NCBI GenBank assembly: GCA_030390025.1
Contig: CM059431.1
Location: 135,906,001 to 135,970,000 of the forward strand
Direction: 5' to 3'
DNA length: 64,000 bases
Source of the DNA: Squalus acanthias
Lineage: Eukaryota
The position numbers and the translations under genes are program-made. The first letter of the stretch is position 1. The number at the start of each line of letters is the position of its first letter. Below are positions 50,033 through 62,800 of the stretch, piece after piece. Under the pieces are notes generated by a model. The model did not search any database. It was not told the origin of the DNA and saw only the letters and a list, made by a program, of their open reading frames with translations.

Positions 50033-51355
50033 TCCATCTTTTTGAAAACCTCAATTAGGTCACCTCTTAACCTTCTCTGTTCCAAGGAGAACAGTCCTAA
50101 CTTTTCCAACCTCTCCTCATAACTGAAGTTTCTCATCCCTGGTAACATCCTGGTAAACCTCCTCTGTCCCCTTTCTAAGGCCTTTACATCTTTCCTGAAG
50201 TGTGATGCCCAGAATTGTCCACAATTCTCCAGTTGAGACCTCGTCAGTGATTTATAAATTTCTAGCATCATCTCTTTGCTATCTATATCCTATGCCTCTA
50301 TTTGTAAATCCAAATAACCTGTAAGCTTTTTTAACCACCTTATCAACTTGCTCTGCCACCTTTAAGGATTTGTGTATATGGACACCAAGGACTCTCTGCT
50401 CATCTACACTTTCCAAAATCGTGCCATTTATAGTATACTGTCTTTCCATGTTAGTCCACCCAAAATGCATCACTTCACACTTCTCTGCATTGAACTCTAT
50501 TTGCCATGCTTCTGCCCATTTCACCATCCTGTCTATGTCATCCTGAAGTCCATAACTATCCTCAGAAATATCTGCTACATTGCCAAGTTTCATATCATCT
50601 GCAAACTTTATAATGCTGCTCCCTACAACTGGGTCTAGGTCATTTATAAAAATGAAAAAGAGGAATGGACCACTGCAAACCACCTCCCAGTCTGAAAAAC
50701 ATCTATACACCACCACACTCTGTTTCCTTTCACAGAGCCAATTCCATATCCATACTGCCACTTTCCCCTTAATTCCATGGTCTTCTATCTTCTTAACAAG
50801 TCTCCTGTGTGGCACTTTGTTGAATGCCTTTCGAAAGCCCATATATACAACATCTACTGCACTACCTTGATCAACTTTCTTTGTTACCTCATCAAAGAAT
50901 TAAATCAAGTTAGTGATACACGATTTGCCTTTAACAAATCCATGCTGGCTCTCCTTGATTAACCCTTGCCATTCCAAATGAAAGTTTATTTTGTCCCTGA
51001 TAATAGTTTCCAGTAACATCTCCACTACCGATGTTAGGCTGACTGGCCTGTAGTTTCCTGGTTTATCCCTCACCCCTTTCTTGAGTAGTGGTATAACCTT
51101 AATAACACTCCAGTCCTCTGGCACTACTCCTGTATCCAATGAGGATCGAAAGATTGCGAACAATGCCTCTGCTATTTCTACCTTTGCTTCTTGCAGCAAC
51201 CTAAGATGCATTCCATCCAGACCAGGTGACTTACCAACTTTCTGTAATGCTAATCATTTTAGTATATCTTCTCTATCTATTAGAATCCTGTCCATAACTT
51301 CCCTCTCCTCTTTTAGTGTAACCTTCACATCATCCACTTCCTTTGTGAAGACAGA
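50033..51355 (-). mobile_element. Older CR1 ORF2 fragment
   Basis: ORFs 49996, 50279 and 50900. Confidence 0.85.
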
Positions 51356-51882
51356 TGAAAAGGCCTTCACCACACTTTAGGGAGGATGTGAAGACCTTAG
51401 AGAGGGTGCAGAAAAGAATTACAAGAATGGTTCCAGGGATGAGGGACTTCACTTATGTGGATAGACTGGGGAAGCTGAGGTTGTTCTGCTTAGAGCAGAG
51501 AAGGAGAGGAGATTTGATAGAGGTGTTCAAAACCATGAGGGGTCTAGACAGAGTAGATAGAGAGTAACTATTCCCATTGGCGGAAGGGTCGAGAACCAGA
51601 GGACACAGATTTAAGGTGATTGACAAAAGAACCAGAGGTGACATGAGGAAAACATTTTTACGCAGCGAGTGGTTAGGATCAGGAATGCACTGCCTGAAAG
51701 CGTGGTGGAGGCAGACTCAATCATGGCTTTCAAAAGGGAATTGGATAACTACCTGAAGGAAAATAAATTGCAGGGCTACGGGGAAAGGGTGGGGGAGTGG
51801 GACTAGCTGAAGTGCTCTTGCAGAGAGCTGGCATGGGCTCGACGGGCCGAAAGAACTCCTTCTGTGCTGTAACCATTCTATC
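51356..51882 (+). mobile_element. CR1 3' end
   Basis: ORF 51355 and 3'UTR. Confidence 0.8.
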
Positions 51883-52253
51883 AGTCATAGAGTCATAGGG
51901 GGAGAAATTCAGTATCGCCCCATTTGGGGCGCAATTATCGGCCGGGCGCAAAGATTAGCGCCTGGCGCTAATTATCGCCTCCGACTGACTTTTATCGCCC
52001 CTGGAGGTGATTGGAGCGCTAAATCAGGCGCTACACATCTGTCTTAAGGCGCAAAGGCCGAGGAGCGAGGCGCTAACTCAGAGCGGCGCGGGTGCAGCAC
52101 AGGTGCTGTCAGTTAGCGATGGAACACAGACACACTGGCGCCGGACAGTTCTTAAAGGGGAGGGTCGATCTTGCACTCCAGCCACACCCTGCTCATTGGA
52201 GCCTTGAATCTTGGCCTGGAGAGACCTGTGCCTAAATCTTCCAGCCAAGGACT

Positions 52254-54012
52254 ATGGAGACGGTGAGAGAATGAGCTCAGCATTTCAGCGAGCGGGCCTT
52301 GGATGCTCTGGTTGGCGCGGTCGAGCGCAGAAGATCTATACTCTTCCCTGAGAGTGGCAGGAGGCCTTTGCCGCACGAGTACAGAAGAGTGTGGAGGGAG
52401 GTGGCTCAGAGCGTCTCCTCCAGGAGCATGGTGCCCAGGACCCATACACAATGTCGAAAAAAGTTCAACGACCTCACTCGGGTCGTCAGGGTGAGTGGCT
52501 TTTTTTCAATACCTCTCCATCCCTCCATCTCAACCTCACTCTATGGCCAGAGGGTCTTAAAACCCCAATGCCCAACACTCATCCAACACCTATGGCCCTC
52601 TCATGAAACACACACGCACATTCCACACTTTGCATACAGTAAGGGCTATTCACCTATGGGAGGCACATCAGGTAAGACCATGGCTGTATATTTACTCAGA
52701 CGCCGTCCTTTTTCTTGCAGGCCAAGCTATCTCATAATAGGAGACAGCAGCAATGGACGGGTGGAGGGCGGCCTCAGCTGCAACCCCTCAGCGATCTTGA
52801 GGCGCGCGTCCACAGGATTGTGGCAAGCCGGGTGATCGGTCCCGTCGCCACTGGAGACGCCGACCCCGTTCTGGACAGCAATGGTAAGGCCATCACCTTT
52901 TTGTCCTCTGTCCTTCCACTTGTCCCTCACAACACCAGCCTTTGACACTTTCAATCCAACTTACTAAATCGCTGCACTCATTCCTCCCTTACTGCCCCCC
53001 TGTCCTCACGCTAAAGCCACTCTTGTACCTTCCTGCTTTCAGATGGTGATTCACCAGCTGAGGAGACGGGCCCTCAAGCTGCCAGTGGGAGTGAAGCTGC
53101 AGGCGAGGAGGAAGATGAAGGCAGAGCATCAGCGTCACCCTCTCCCGAGGAAGCCAATGTCCACACTGGGAACACGCCTTCCCTGGAGGGGAGCAGTGGA
53201 GAAGTGTCTGATGAGGGTAAAGCTCCAGGACCCAGCGGGCTGCAGCAACGCGATGGGGGTAGGGAAGCTCGGGGGCCTTCTCCTTGGAGGGAGAGTAGGC
53301 CAGCGAGTCCTACTGCACTGGACGCAGAGGAGGAGCGGCTCATCACTGAAATGAACACCCAGGCGGTGGACGAGCTCATGGGTGCAGTGGGAAGGGTGCC
53401 CGAATGCATTGAATCACTGGCAAGGAGTGTGGAGCACTTCGCTGTAGCACAGGCGGATGCCACGCAAATGTTTAGTACTGCAATTCAGTCACTGGCTGCC
53501 ATGACCCCATCTCTGACTGCTCTCATGCAGACTTAAATTGAGGCCACGCGAGCACTGACTGCTACCATCCTCGCTGGTTCGGACACATTTCCCCGGGACT
53601 CTCACCGCGCCGCAGCAGGCCAGCAATCTGTGCTCCAGCAGATTGCTCTGGATGCTGAAGTGCTGCCCCGTGGGAGTGCCAGTGTGTCGGTCGAGCAGGG
53701 AGTTGCTGTCCTCTCTCAAGATGACAGCATTCCTGCTGCCACCACTGTCACTTCTCCACTGCACTTGCTGCCGCCTGTAGGACAGACTGCTACCGCCCAT
53801 GCTGAGTTGGTGCAGTCTGCAGCCGGGCCCTCCAGGCTCAGAGCTGGTCGAGGTCGTCCTTCAAGGGCATCTGCAGTCTCAGGTTCTGACAATCAGCAGC
53901 CTTCCACCAGCCTTGCTGCAGCCACTGAGGCCCCATTACGGAGGAGCAGTAGGGTGGGAAGGGGGGGGAAGTGCGCAAGGGAAGGAGATCACCCTCAAAG
54001 GGCAAAAAGTAG
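52254..54012 (+). pseudogene. Myb/SANT-like gene (exons 52254-52490, 52721-52883, 53043-54012) with stops
   Basis: TGA at codon 7; TAA at ~53534. Confidence 0.88.
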
Positions 54013-54308
54013 GAGGTGTGACAAAATGTTGGTCATTTTTTTATAAAGGCCGAGGTTCATGGTCAAACTTTTGTTTAGTGTTTTGGACATTATCTCCAGG
54101 TTGTGAGAACCAGTTATGTTAATGACTGTTTTTTTGTGTTTCTTTCTATTAGTTTGTCATGAGGAAATGACACACACAGAGTTTGTAAAATATTCAAAAT
54201 GTACATGTTTGGTCTTTGGAATCATTGCTGCCTTGGCCGGCTTAGGGGTTGCGGGTTGGTTTCATTCATGTTGTTCTCAATGGCAGAAGCCATTTCCTCA
54301 GCAGGGGC

Positions 54309-55452
54309 CTAGAAGCGGCTGTTGACGGACGGCCCTTGCAGTTTCAACATTGTGGGCCTCCCTCCCGCCTTGGTGCTGCTGATGATCATCCTCCTCCTCT
54401 TCCTCCTCCTCCTCTGGTGGTGCTCCAAGGCCTGGTGGCATTGGCTGGGTCCTGAGGATTGCCAGGTAATGCAGCATGCAGCCCACAACAACGAAGTGGG
54501 AAACTCACTCAGGCGAGTACTGCAGGGCTCCTCCAGAATGGTCCAGACAGCGGAACCGTTGCTTGAGCACGCCGATTGTGTGCTCAACGATGTTCCTGGT
54601 AGCTTGATGGCTCTCGTACCGTAGCTCAGCAGGGGTGTTGGGCGTATGGAGCGGTGTCATCAGCCAGGTGCTCAGTGGATATCCCTTGTCCCCGAGAAGC
54701 CAACCAACTGGCTGATGCAGTGCCTGGAAAAGTTCTGCCACAGTAGTCTGGCGCAGGATGAATGCATCGTGGCAGCTGCCAGGATAGTGGGCATTGACAG
54801 CGAGTATCAGCTGTCTGTGGTCACAGACCAACTGAACGTTTAAGGAATGGAACCCCTTTCTGTTGCGGAAACCCTCAGCATTCTCATGCGGAGCACGCAA
54901 AGCCACAAAGCCACAAAGCCACATGTCAATGGCGCTCTGCACCATGGGGAAGCCTGCTATCCTAGCAAAGCCCATTGCGCATTCTTGCTGCTTGTCTGGG
55001 GTCATGGGGAAAGAGATGTACTCTCGTCTCCTTTTAAAGAGGGCATTTGTGACCTGACGGATGCAGCAATGCACCGCGAACTGGGAGATATTGGCAATGT
55101 CCCCAGTAGCTGATTGAAATGAGCCAGTGGCATAAAAGTTCAGAGCCACTGTGATCTTCACTGCCACCGACAGAGACGTCCTGGACCTCAGTTGAGGCTG
55201 CAGATCTGGCTGCAGCAGGTGGCAGAGCTCAGTAACTACCTCCTTGCTGAAGCGCAGCCTTCGCAAACACTGCTCCTCAGACATATTAATATGTGTGAAT
55301 TATTGGCAATATACCCTGGGAGGGTAAGGTCTCCTGTACAGAGGCCTGTTGGCCCACCTCCATCTGGCCATGATTGCCACTCTCTCTCTGTGTCTCTGTG
55401 TCCTCCGATTCTGGTGGCGCAGGACGACGCCCCCAATCAGTGCAGCCCCCAC
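54309..55452 (-). pseudogene. Harbinger A transposase, disrupted
   Basis: ORF 54505; duplication in the first catalytic motif; start ATG changed to GTG. Confidence 0.9.
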
Positions 55453-57199
55453 AGTCTCTTGGCAATCAAAGTTATGAAGGTCAAAAACCAAAGTACCTGC
55501 AAAGTTATAATCAGTAGCTAAAACTACCTCACACAGCGTTGACTCAATGCAGAAGTCTCTCTTTCTCTCTCTCCGAATCTCTCTCTCTCTCTCTCTCAGA
55601 ACGAGTGGTGCAAAAATGTCTACCACAGAGACAGGAAGAGGCCCCTTTAAATAGCGCCCCCACCCCCCAGCCCCACTGCGACTGGGGAGCGTTCCAGTCT
55701 TCCGGTCGTTGGTTGCGCCAGGCGGAAAGGATGGGGGCGCCACTCAATTTCCACTCCGGGCCGCCATAAGGGCGTTGCACCCTCGTATGACGTCAAGATC
55801 TGCGTGTGCAGGAGATCACGGTGGTAAAGTTTAGCGCCGCCGCAAAATGTCTAGTTAATTTCGCGAGCGGCGCAAACATCGCTGCGCCCGGGCGCAAGTT
55901 ACTTTGCGCCCCATTAGCGCCCTCTTAAGGTGCTAACGGGAGGCGCAACCAACTGAATTTTTCCCCCTACAGCGCAGAAGGAGGCCATTCAGCCCATCGA
56001 GTCCGTGCCGGCTCTCCGCAGAGCAATCCAGTCAGTCCCATTCCCCCACTTTATCCCCATAGCTCTGCAAGTTTATTTCCCTCAAGTGCCTATCCAGTCT
56101 CCCCTTGAAAACATTGAGTGTCTCCGCTTCCACCACTTCCGTCGGCAGCGAATTCCAGGTCCTCACCACTCGCTGCGTAAAAAAGTATTTCCTCACATCC
56201 CCCCTGTATCTATTGCTCAAAACCTTAAATCTGTGCCCCTAGTCCTTGCACCATCAACTAGTGGAAACAGCCTTTCCCCATCTAGCCTATCCAAACGGGT
56301 CATAATTTTGTACACCTCTATCAAATCACCCATCAACCTCCTTTGCTCCAATGAAAACAAATCCAGCTTCTCCAACCTGTCCTTGTAGCTAAGATCCCCC
56401 ATCCCCGGAACCATTCTGGTAAATCTCCTCTACACCCTCTCAAGGGCCTTCACATCCTTCCTAAAGTGTGGTGACCAGAACTGGATGCAATACTCCAGTT
56501 GTGGCCTAACCAGCGCTTTATAAAGGTTCAGCATAACTTCTCCACTTTTGTCCTCAATACCTCCATTTATGAAACCCAAGATCCCATATGCTTTGCTAAT
56601 CACTCTCTCAATATGTTCTGCCATCTACAGGGACCTATGCACATTAACTCTCAGTTCCCCCTGTCCCTGCACACTCTTTAAAACTGTGTTCCTTCTGCCA
56701 AAATGCATCACCTCACACTTCTCTGTATTAAATTCCATCTGCCACTTGTCTGCCCATTCTGCTAGCCTTTCTATGTTCTGTTGCAGTCGATTGGTATCAT
56801 CTCAATTGTTTGCCACACCCCCAAGTTTGGTGTCATCGGCAAATTTAGAAATTCTACTCTGTATTTCAATATCGAGGTCATTTATATATATCAAGAAAAG
56901 CAGTGGCCCCAGCACTGACCCTTGGGGAACACCACTATCTACCATCCTCCAGTCTGAAAAACAGTCATTTACCACAACTCGCTGTATTCTGTCCAGCCAA
57001 TTTCTTATCCAAGCTGCCATTGACCCACCTATTCCATGAGCCTCAATTTTGTTAACCAGTCTTCTATGTGGTACTTTGTCAAACGCCTTCCTAAAATCCA
57101 TGTAGACAACATCCATTGCATTCCCTTCAACAATCCTTCCTGTTACTTCATCAACAAATTCAATTATATTAGTCAAACACGATCTGCCTTTTACAAATT

Positions 57200-59174
57200 T
57201 GGCACATTGGATCAGGACAATTTGGCACATTGGATCCAAAATTGGCTTAGTGGCAGGAGGCAGAGGGTGATGGTCGAAGGTTGTTTTTGTGACTGGTAGC
57301 CTGTGTCCAGTGGTGTACCGCAGGGATCGGTGCTGGGTCCTTTGCTGTTTGTAGTGTACATTAATGATTTAGATATGAATGTAGGAGGTATGATCAGTAA
57401 GTTCGCAGATGACATGAAAATTGGTGGAGTAGTAAATAGCGAGGAGGGAAGCCTCAGGCTACAGGATGATATAGACGGGTTGGTTAGATGGGCAGAACAG
57501 TGGCAAATGGAATTTAACCCTGAAAAGTGTGAGGTGATGCATTTTGGGAGGACTAACAAGGCAAGGGAATACACAATGAATGGTAGGACCCTAGGAAGGA
57601 CAGAGGATCAGAGGGACCTTGGTGTGCATGTACATAGATCCCTGAAGGCAGCAGGACAGGTAGATAAGGTGGTTAAGAAGGCATATGGGATACTTGCCTT
57701 CATTAGCCGAGGTATAGAATATAAGAGCAGGGAGGTTATGATGGAGCTGTACAAAATGCTAGTTAGGCCACAGCTGGAATACTGTGTGCACTTCTGGTCG
57801 CCACACTATAGGAAGGATGTGATTGCATTGAAGAGGGTGCAGAGGAGATTCACCAGGATGTTACCTGGGCTGGAGCGTTTCAGCTATGAAGAGAGACTGG
57901 ACAGGCTGGGGTTGTTTTCCTTAGAGCAGAGAAGGCTGAGGGGGGACCTGATTGAGGTGTACAAAATTATGAGGGGCATAGATAGGGTAGATAGAAAGGA
58001 ACTTTTCCCCTTAGTAGAGGGGTCAATAACCAGGGGGCATAGTTTCAAGGTAAGGGGCAGGAGGCTTAGAAGGGATTTGAGGAAAAACTTTTTCACCCAG
58101 AGGGTGGTTGGAATCTGGAAGTCACTGCCTGAAAGGATGGTAGAGGCAGGAACCCTCACAACATTCAAGAAGCATTTAGATGAGCACTTGAAACACCATA
58201 GCATACAAGGCTACGAACCAAGTGCTGGAAAATGGGATTAGAATAGACAGGGCTTAATGGCCGGAGCAGACACGATGGGCTGAAGGGCCTCTCTGTGCTG
58301 TGAAACTTTATGACTCTATGGGCAGAATTGGCATTGAGCCGTGGAGGCGGGTTTGGAGACGGGACTGGATTGAAAATAGCTGAATCAGGGGTCCCGACCC
58401 CATCCCGCCCCCAACCCACCTCCATGCCAGTTTCGCTGGAGGCGGGTACCCGACCTGTGCTGGTACCCGCCTCCCCGAGGCGGGAAGGGGATTAGTGGCA
58501 ATAAACTGCCTGTTAACAGTTAGTTAACAGGCAGTTTTTTTGCCTAATCCCTATTTTTATGCCTGAAATGTGGGCTGTCCGACAGGTCACAACCACGCTG
58601 TTTCAGCGAGGCGGACTGTAGGTCTGCAGGGGTTGGAGGGGTCGATATGTCTGGTGGGCAGGTGAGTGATGGGTGCATGTGTGCAGAGGTAAGTGTGTAA
58701 GGTAAGTGTAAAGTGTGGAAAAAAGTTTTACTTACCTTAACTTCCTCCTGCTGGTGTCAGCCCTTCATGTCTTGGGAGTCAGAAATCTCACCGGCACAGA
58801 AAGCAGAATGGCCATTGAGCTGTCAAAAGCTGCAGCCTCTGCTTTTTGTTCTGCAGAGATCTCTAAATCAGCCTGAGAGGAAGGAATTAACTTAGAGTAC
58901 AGATTGTCAGTGTTTGACAGCTTCAAAGAGCTGTCAAACGCTGATATTTCATCTGTCAAAAGCTCTTGACAGATGAAATGTCAATCTGTGACGTCACCTG
59001 TTGCCGGGTGGCCCTTAATTGGCCTGCTGAGCCCGCTGGGCGGGCTCAACAAGGTCAATCAAGTGAAAATACAGTGGGTTGGCCACAAGTCGATGGAGGC
59101 GGGACTACAACCCAAAAAGTGGGAGGCCCGCCTCCATCCCGTCCCCAGTTTCAAAATCCAGCCCTATGACTCTA
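57200..59174 (+). mobile_element. 5'-truncated CR1 with a MITE in its (ATGACTCT)n tail
   Basis: 312-aa ORF 57303..58241 encodes the RT C-terminus. Confidence 0.9.
58320..59164. mobile_element. Non-autonomous Harbinger-type MITE related to family C ends
   Basis: GGGC...GCCC termini; TAT TSD; shares GGAGGCGGGTTTGGAG with the reverse complement of 18800-18846. Confidence 0.82.
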
Positions 59175-59864
59175 AATCCGTGTTGGCTCTCCTTAATTAG
59201 CTTAAACCTCTCCAAGTGCCCATTAATTTTTTCCTTGATTATTGTTTCTAAAACTTTACCCACCACTGATGTTAAACTGACCGGCCTGTAGTTACTGGAA
59301 TTGTCCTTACACCCTTTCTTGAACAATGGTGTCACATTTGCCACTTTCCAATCCTCAGGCACCTCCCCCACATCTGGGGAAGATTGGAAAATGATGGCAA
59401 GCCCTTCCGCTATCTCCTCCCCCACTTCCCTTAGCAACCTGGGATGCAAGCCATCTGGACCAGGTGACTAATCCACTCTAATTATACCCAGCCTTTCTAG
59501 TACATCCTGTCTAACAATTTACACCCCTTCCATTGCTTTTACCTTTTCCACTTCTACCGATATTTTGTCAGCATCCACCTCCTTAGTAAACACCGATACA
59601 AAGTACTCATTGAGTATTCTAGCCTTACTCTGTGCCTCTAAGCTTATAGCACCTTCTTTGTCCCTAATAGGCCCCACCCCGCCTCTTACTAACCACTTAC
59701 TGTTTACATGCCGATTTTTGGGTTCCCTTTTATGTTAACCGCCATTCTACTCTCATATTCTCGCTTTACCAATCTTATTTTCATCTTCACTTCCCCTCTC
59801 AACTTATTGTATTTGGTCTGGTTCTGCCTTGAAGAATTCACCTGACATGCATCATACACCCTTT

Positions 59865-62800
59865 TTTAATTTAAATTAGTTAAAGGGTAAGTCATGGCAG
59901 CACGGCTCGGCCCCGTGGCATGCTCCTCCTGCACTATGTGGGAAATCAGGGACACTTCCTGTGTCCCTGACGACCATGTGTGCGGGAAGTGTATCCAGCT
60001 ACAGCTACTGGAAGACCGCATTGCAGCGCAGGAGCTGCGAATGGATACATACTGGAGCATTTGCGATGTTGAGGACGTCGTGGATAGCATGTTTAATGAG
60101 TTGGTCACACTGCAGGTAAAGGCTGCACAGGCAGGAAAGGAATGGGTGACCGCGAGGCAGAGTAGTAGGCGCAGGCAGGTAGTGCAGGGGTCTCCTGCGG
60201 CCATCCCCTCTCAAACAGATATACCGCTTTGGATGTTGTTGGGGGAGATGGCTTATTGGGGGAAGGCAGCAGCAGCCAACTTCCTGGCACCATGGGTGGT
60301 TCTGCTGCACAGGACGGGAGGAAAAAGAGTGGGAGAGCTATAGTGATAGGGGATTGTATTGTAAGGGGAATAGATAGGCATTTCTGCGGCTGCAAACGAG
60401 ACTCCAGGATGGTATGTTGCCTCCCTGGTACAAGGGTCAAGGATGTCTCGGAGCGGCTGCAGGGCATTCTGGAGGGGGAGAGTGAACAGCCAGTTGTCGT
60501 GGTGTATATAGGTACCAACGATACAGGTAAAAAATGGGATGAGGTCCTAAAAGCTGAATATAGGGAGTTAGGAGGTAAATTAAAAAATAGGACCTCAAAG
60601 CTAGTAATCTCAGGATTGCTACCAGTGCCACGTGCTAGTCAGAGTAGAAATAGAAGGATATTTCAGATGAATACGTGGCTAGAGGAATGGTGCAAGGGGG
60701 AGGGATTCAATATCCTGGGACATTGGAACCGGTTCTGGGGGAGGTGGGACCAGTACAAACTGACGGTTTGCACCTGGGCAGGACCTGGACTGATGTCCTA
60801 GGGGGAGTGTTTGCTAGTGCTGTTGGGGAGGGTTTAAACTAAAATGGCAGGGGGGTTGGGAACCTGTGCAGGGAGACAGAAGAAAGGGAAGCAAGGATAG
60901 AAGCAAAAGACAGGAAGGAGAAAAGCAAAAGTGGAAGGCAGAGAAATCAAGGGTGTAAATCAAACAGGGCCACAGTAAATAATAATTCTAAAAGGACTAA
61001 GAGTGGTAAAAAAACAAGCCTGAAGGCTTTGGGGGAAAAATTCAGTTGGTTGCGCCTCCCGTTAGCGACTTAAGAGGGCGCTAATGGGGCGCAAATCATC
61101 TAGCGCCCAGGCGCGGCCATGTTTGCGCCGCTAGCAAAATTAACTAGACATTTTGCGGCGGAGCTAAACACTACCGCCACGATCTCCTGCGCCGGCAGAT
61201 CGTGACGTCAGTCGAGTGCGCAACGCCCCGGTATCGCCCCGGAGCGGATATTGAGTGGCGCCCCCTGCCTTACCGCCTGACGCAAGCAACGACAGGTTGA
61301 GGGGAGCGTTCTGCAGTCATGAAGAGAAAGGGGGGAGCGCTATTTAAAGGTGACGGCTTCCTGGGGGAAAAATTCAGTTGGTTGCGCCTCCCGTTAGCGC
61401 CTTAAGAGGGCGCTAATGGGGTGCAAAGCATCTAGCGCCCAGGCGCGGCAAAGTTTGCGCCGCTCGTGAAATTAACTAGACATTTTGCGGCGGCGCTAAA
61501 CACTACCGCCACGATCTCCTGCGCCGGCAGATCATGACGTCACTCGAGTGTGCAACGCCCCGGTATCGTCCCGGAGCGGATATTGAGTGGCGCCCCCTGC
61601 CTTACCGCCTGACGCTAGCAATGACAGGTTGAGGGGAGCGTTCTGCAGTCATGAAGGGAAAGGGGGAGCGCTATTTAAAGGTGACCGCTTCCTGCCTTTT
61701 ATTGTTGGTGCCATTTTTGAACTACGCATTCTGTGAGAGAGAGGGAGAGACTTCTAGAGAGATTCAACGTTGTGTGAAGGAGTTTTGGGTACTGAGCAGC
61801 ACTTTGCAGGTTCATTTTGATTTGCCATTCCTTGTATCGAATTAGAAGAGACTTTGGTCCTGCACTCTGAGCTCTTTGCCTGGTACTCTCCATTGTTCTT
61901 TCCAGCAGATTTGATGTGCAGGTCTCTCCAGGCAGAGATTCAAGGATGCAATGAGCAGGATGTGGATGGAAAGCAAGATTAACCATCCCCTTTAAGAACT
62001 GGCCCGTGCCATTGTGTGTGTGTTCCATTGCTGACTGACATTACATGAGCTTCGCCAGCGCTCTGAGGTAGCGCCTCGCTCCTCGGCCTTTGCGCCTTAA
62101 GACAGGTGTGAAGCGCCTGATTTAGCGCTCCAATCACCTCCAGTGTCGATAAAAGTCAAGTTTGCAGTCGGTGGCGATAATTAGTGCCAGGCGCTAATCT
62201 TTGCGCCCGGGCCAATAATTGCACCCCAAATGGGGCAATACTGAATTTCTCCCCCTTTGTGTCTTAATTCGAGGAGCATTCGTAATAAGGTGGATGAATT
62301 AGCTGCACAAATAGATGTAAACGGATATGATATAATTGGGATTACGGAGACATGGCTCCAGGGTGACCAAGGCTGCGAATTCAACATCCAGGGGTATTCA
62401 ATATTCAGGAAGGACAGGCAAAAAGGAAAAGGAGGTGGGGTAGCATTGCTGGTTAAAGAGGAGTTTAACACAATAGTAAGGAAGGATATTAGCTCTGATG
62501 ATGTGGGATCTGTATGGGTAGAGCTGAGAAATACCAAGGGGCAGAAAACGTTAGTGGGAGTTGTATACAGACCCCCAAACAGTAATGCTGAGGTTGGGGA
62601 TGGCATTAAATGGGAAATTAGAGACACGTGCAATAAGGTTACAGCAGTTATCATGGGTTACTTTAATCTACATATAGATTGGGCTAACCAAATTAGTAAC
62701 AATACTGTGGAGGAGGAATTCCTAGAGTGTATAAGGGATGGTGTCCTGACCAATATGTCGAGGAACCAACTAGAGATCATGCCATCTTAGACTGGGTATT

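Larger units (their letters stand above)
51898..55967 (-). mobile_element. Harbinger family A copy 3 (defective), inserted in a CR1 tail
   Basis: Both TIRs present; flanks CATA| and |TACAG; same two genes in inverted orientation. Confidence 0.95.
55968..59865 (-). mobile_element. CR1 (minus strand) split by a plus-strand CR1 at ~57200-59174
   Basis: ...KESQHG (59175 side) rejoins [10 protein letters not shown] (57199 side), with AAAT on both flanks. Confidence 0.82.
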
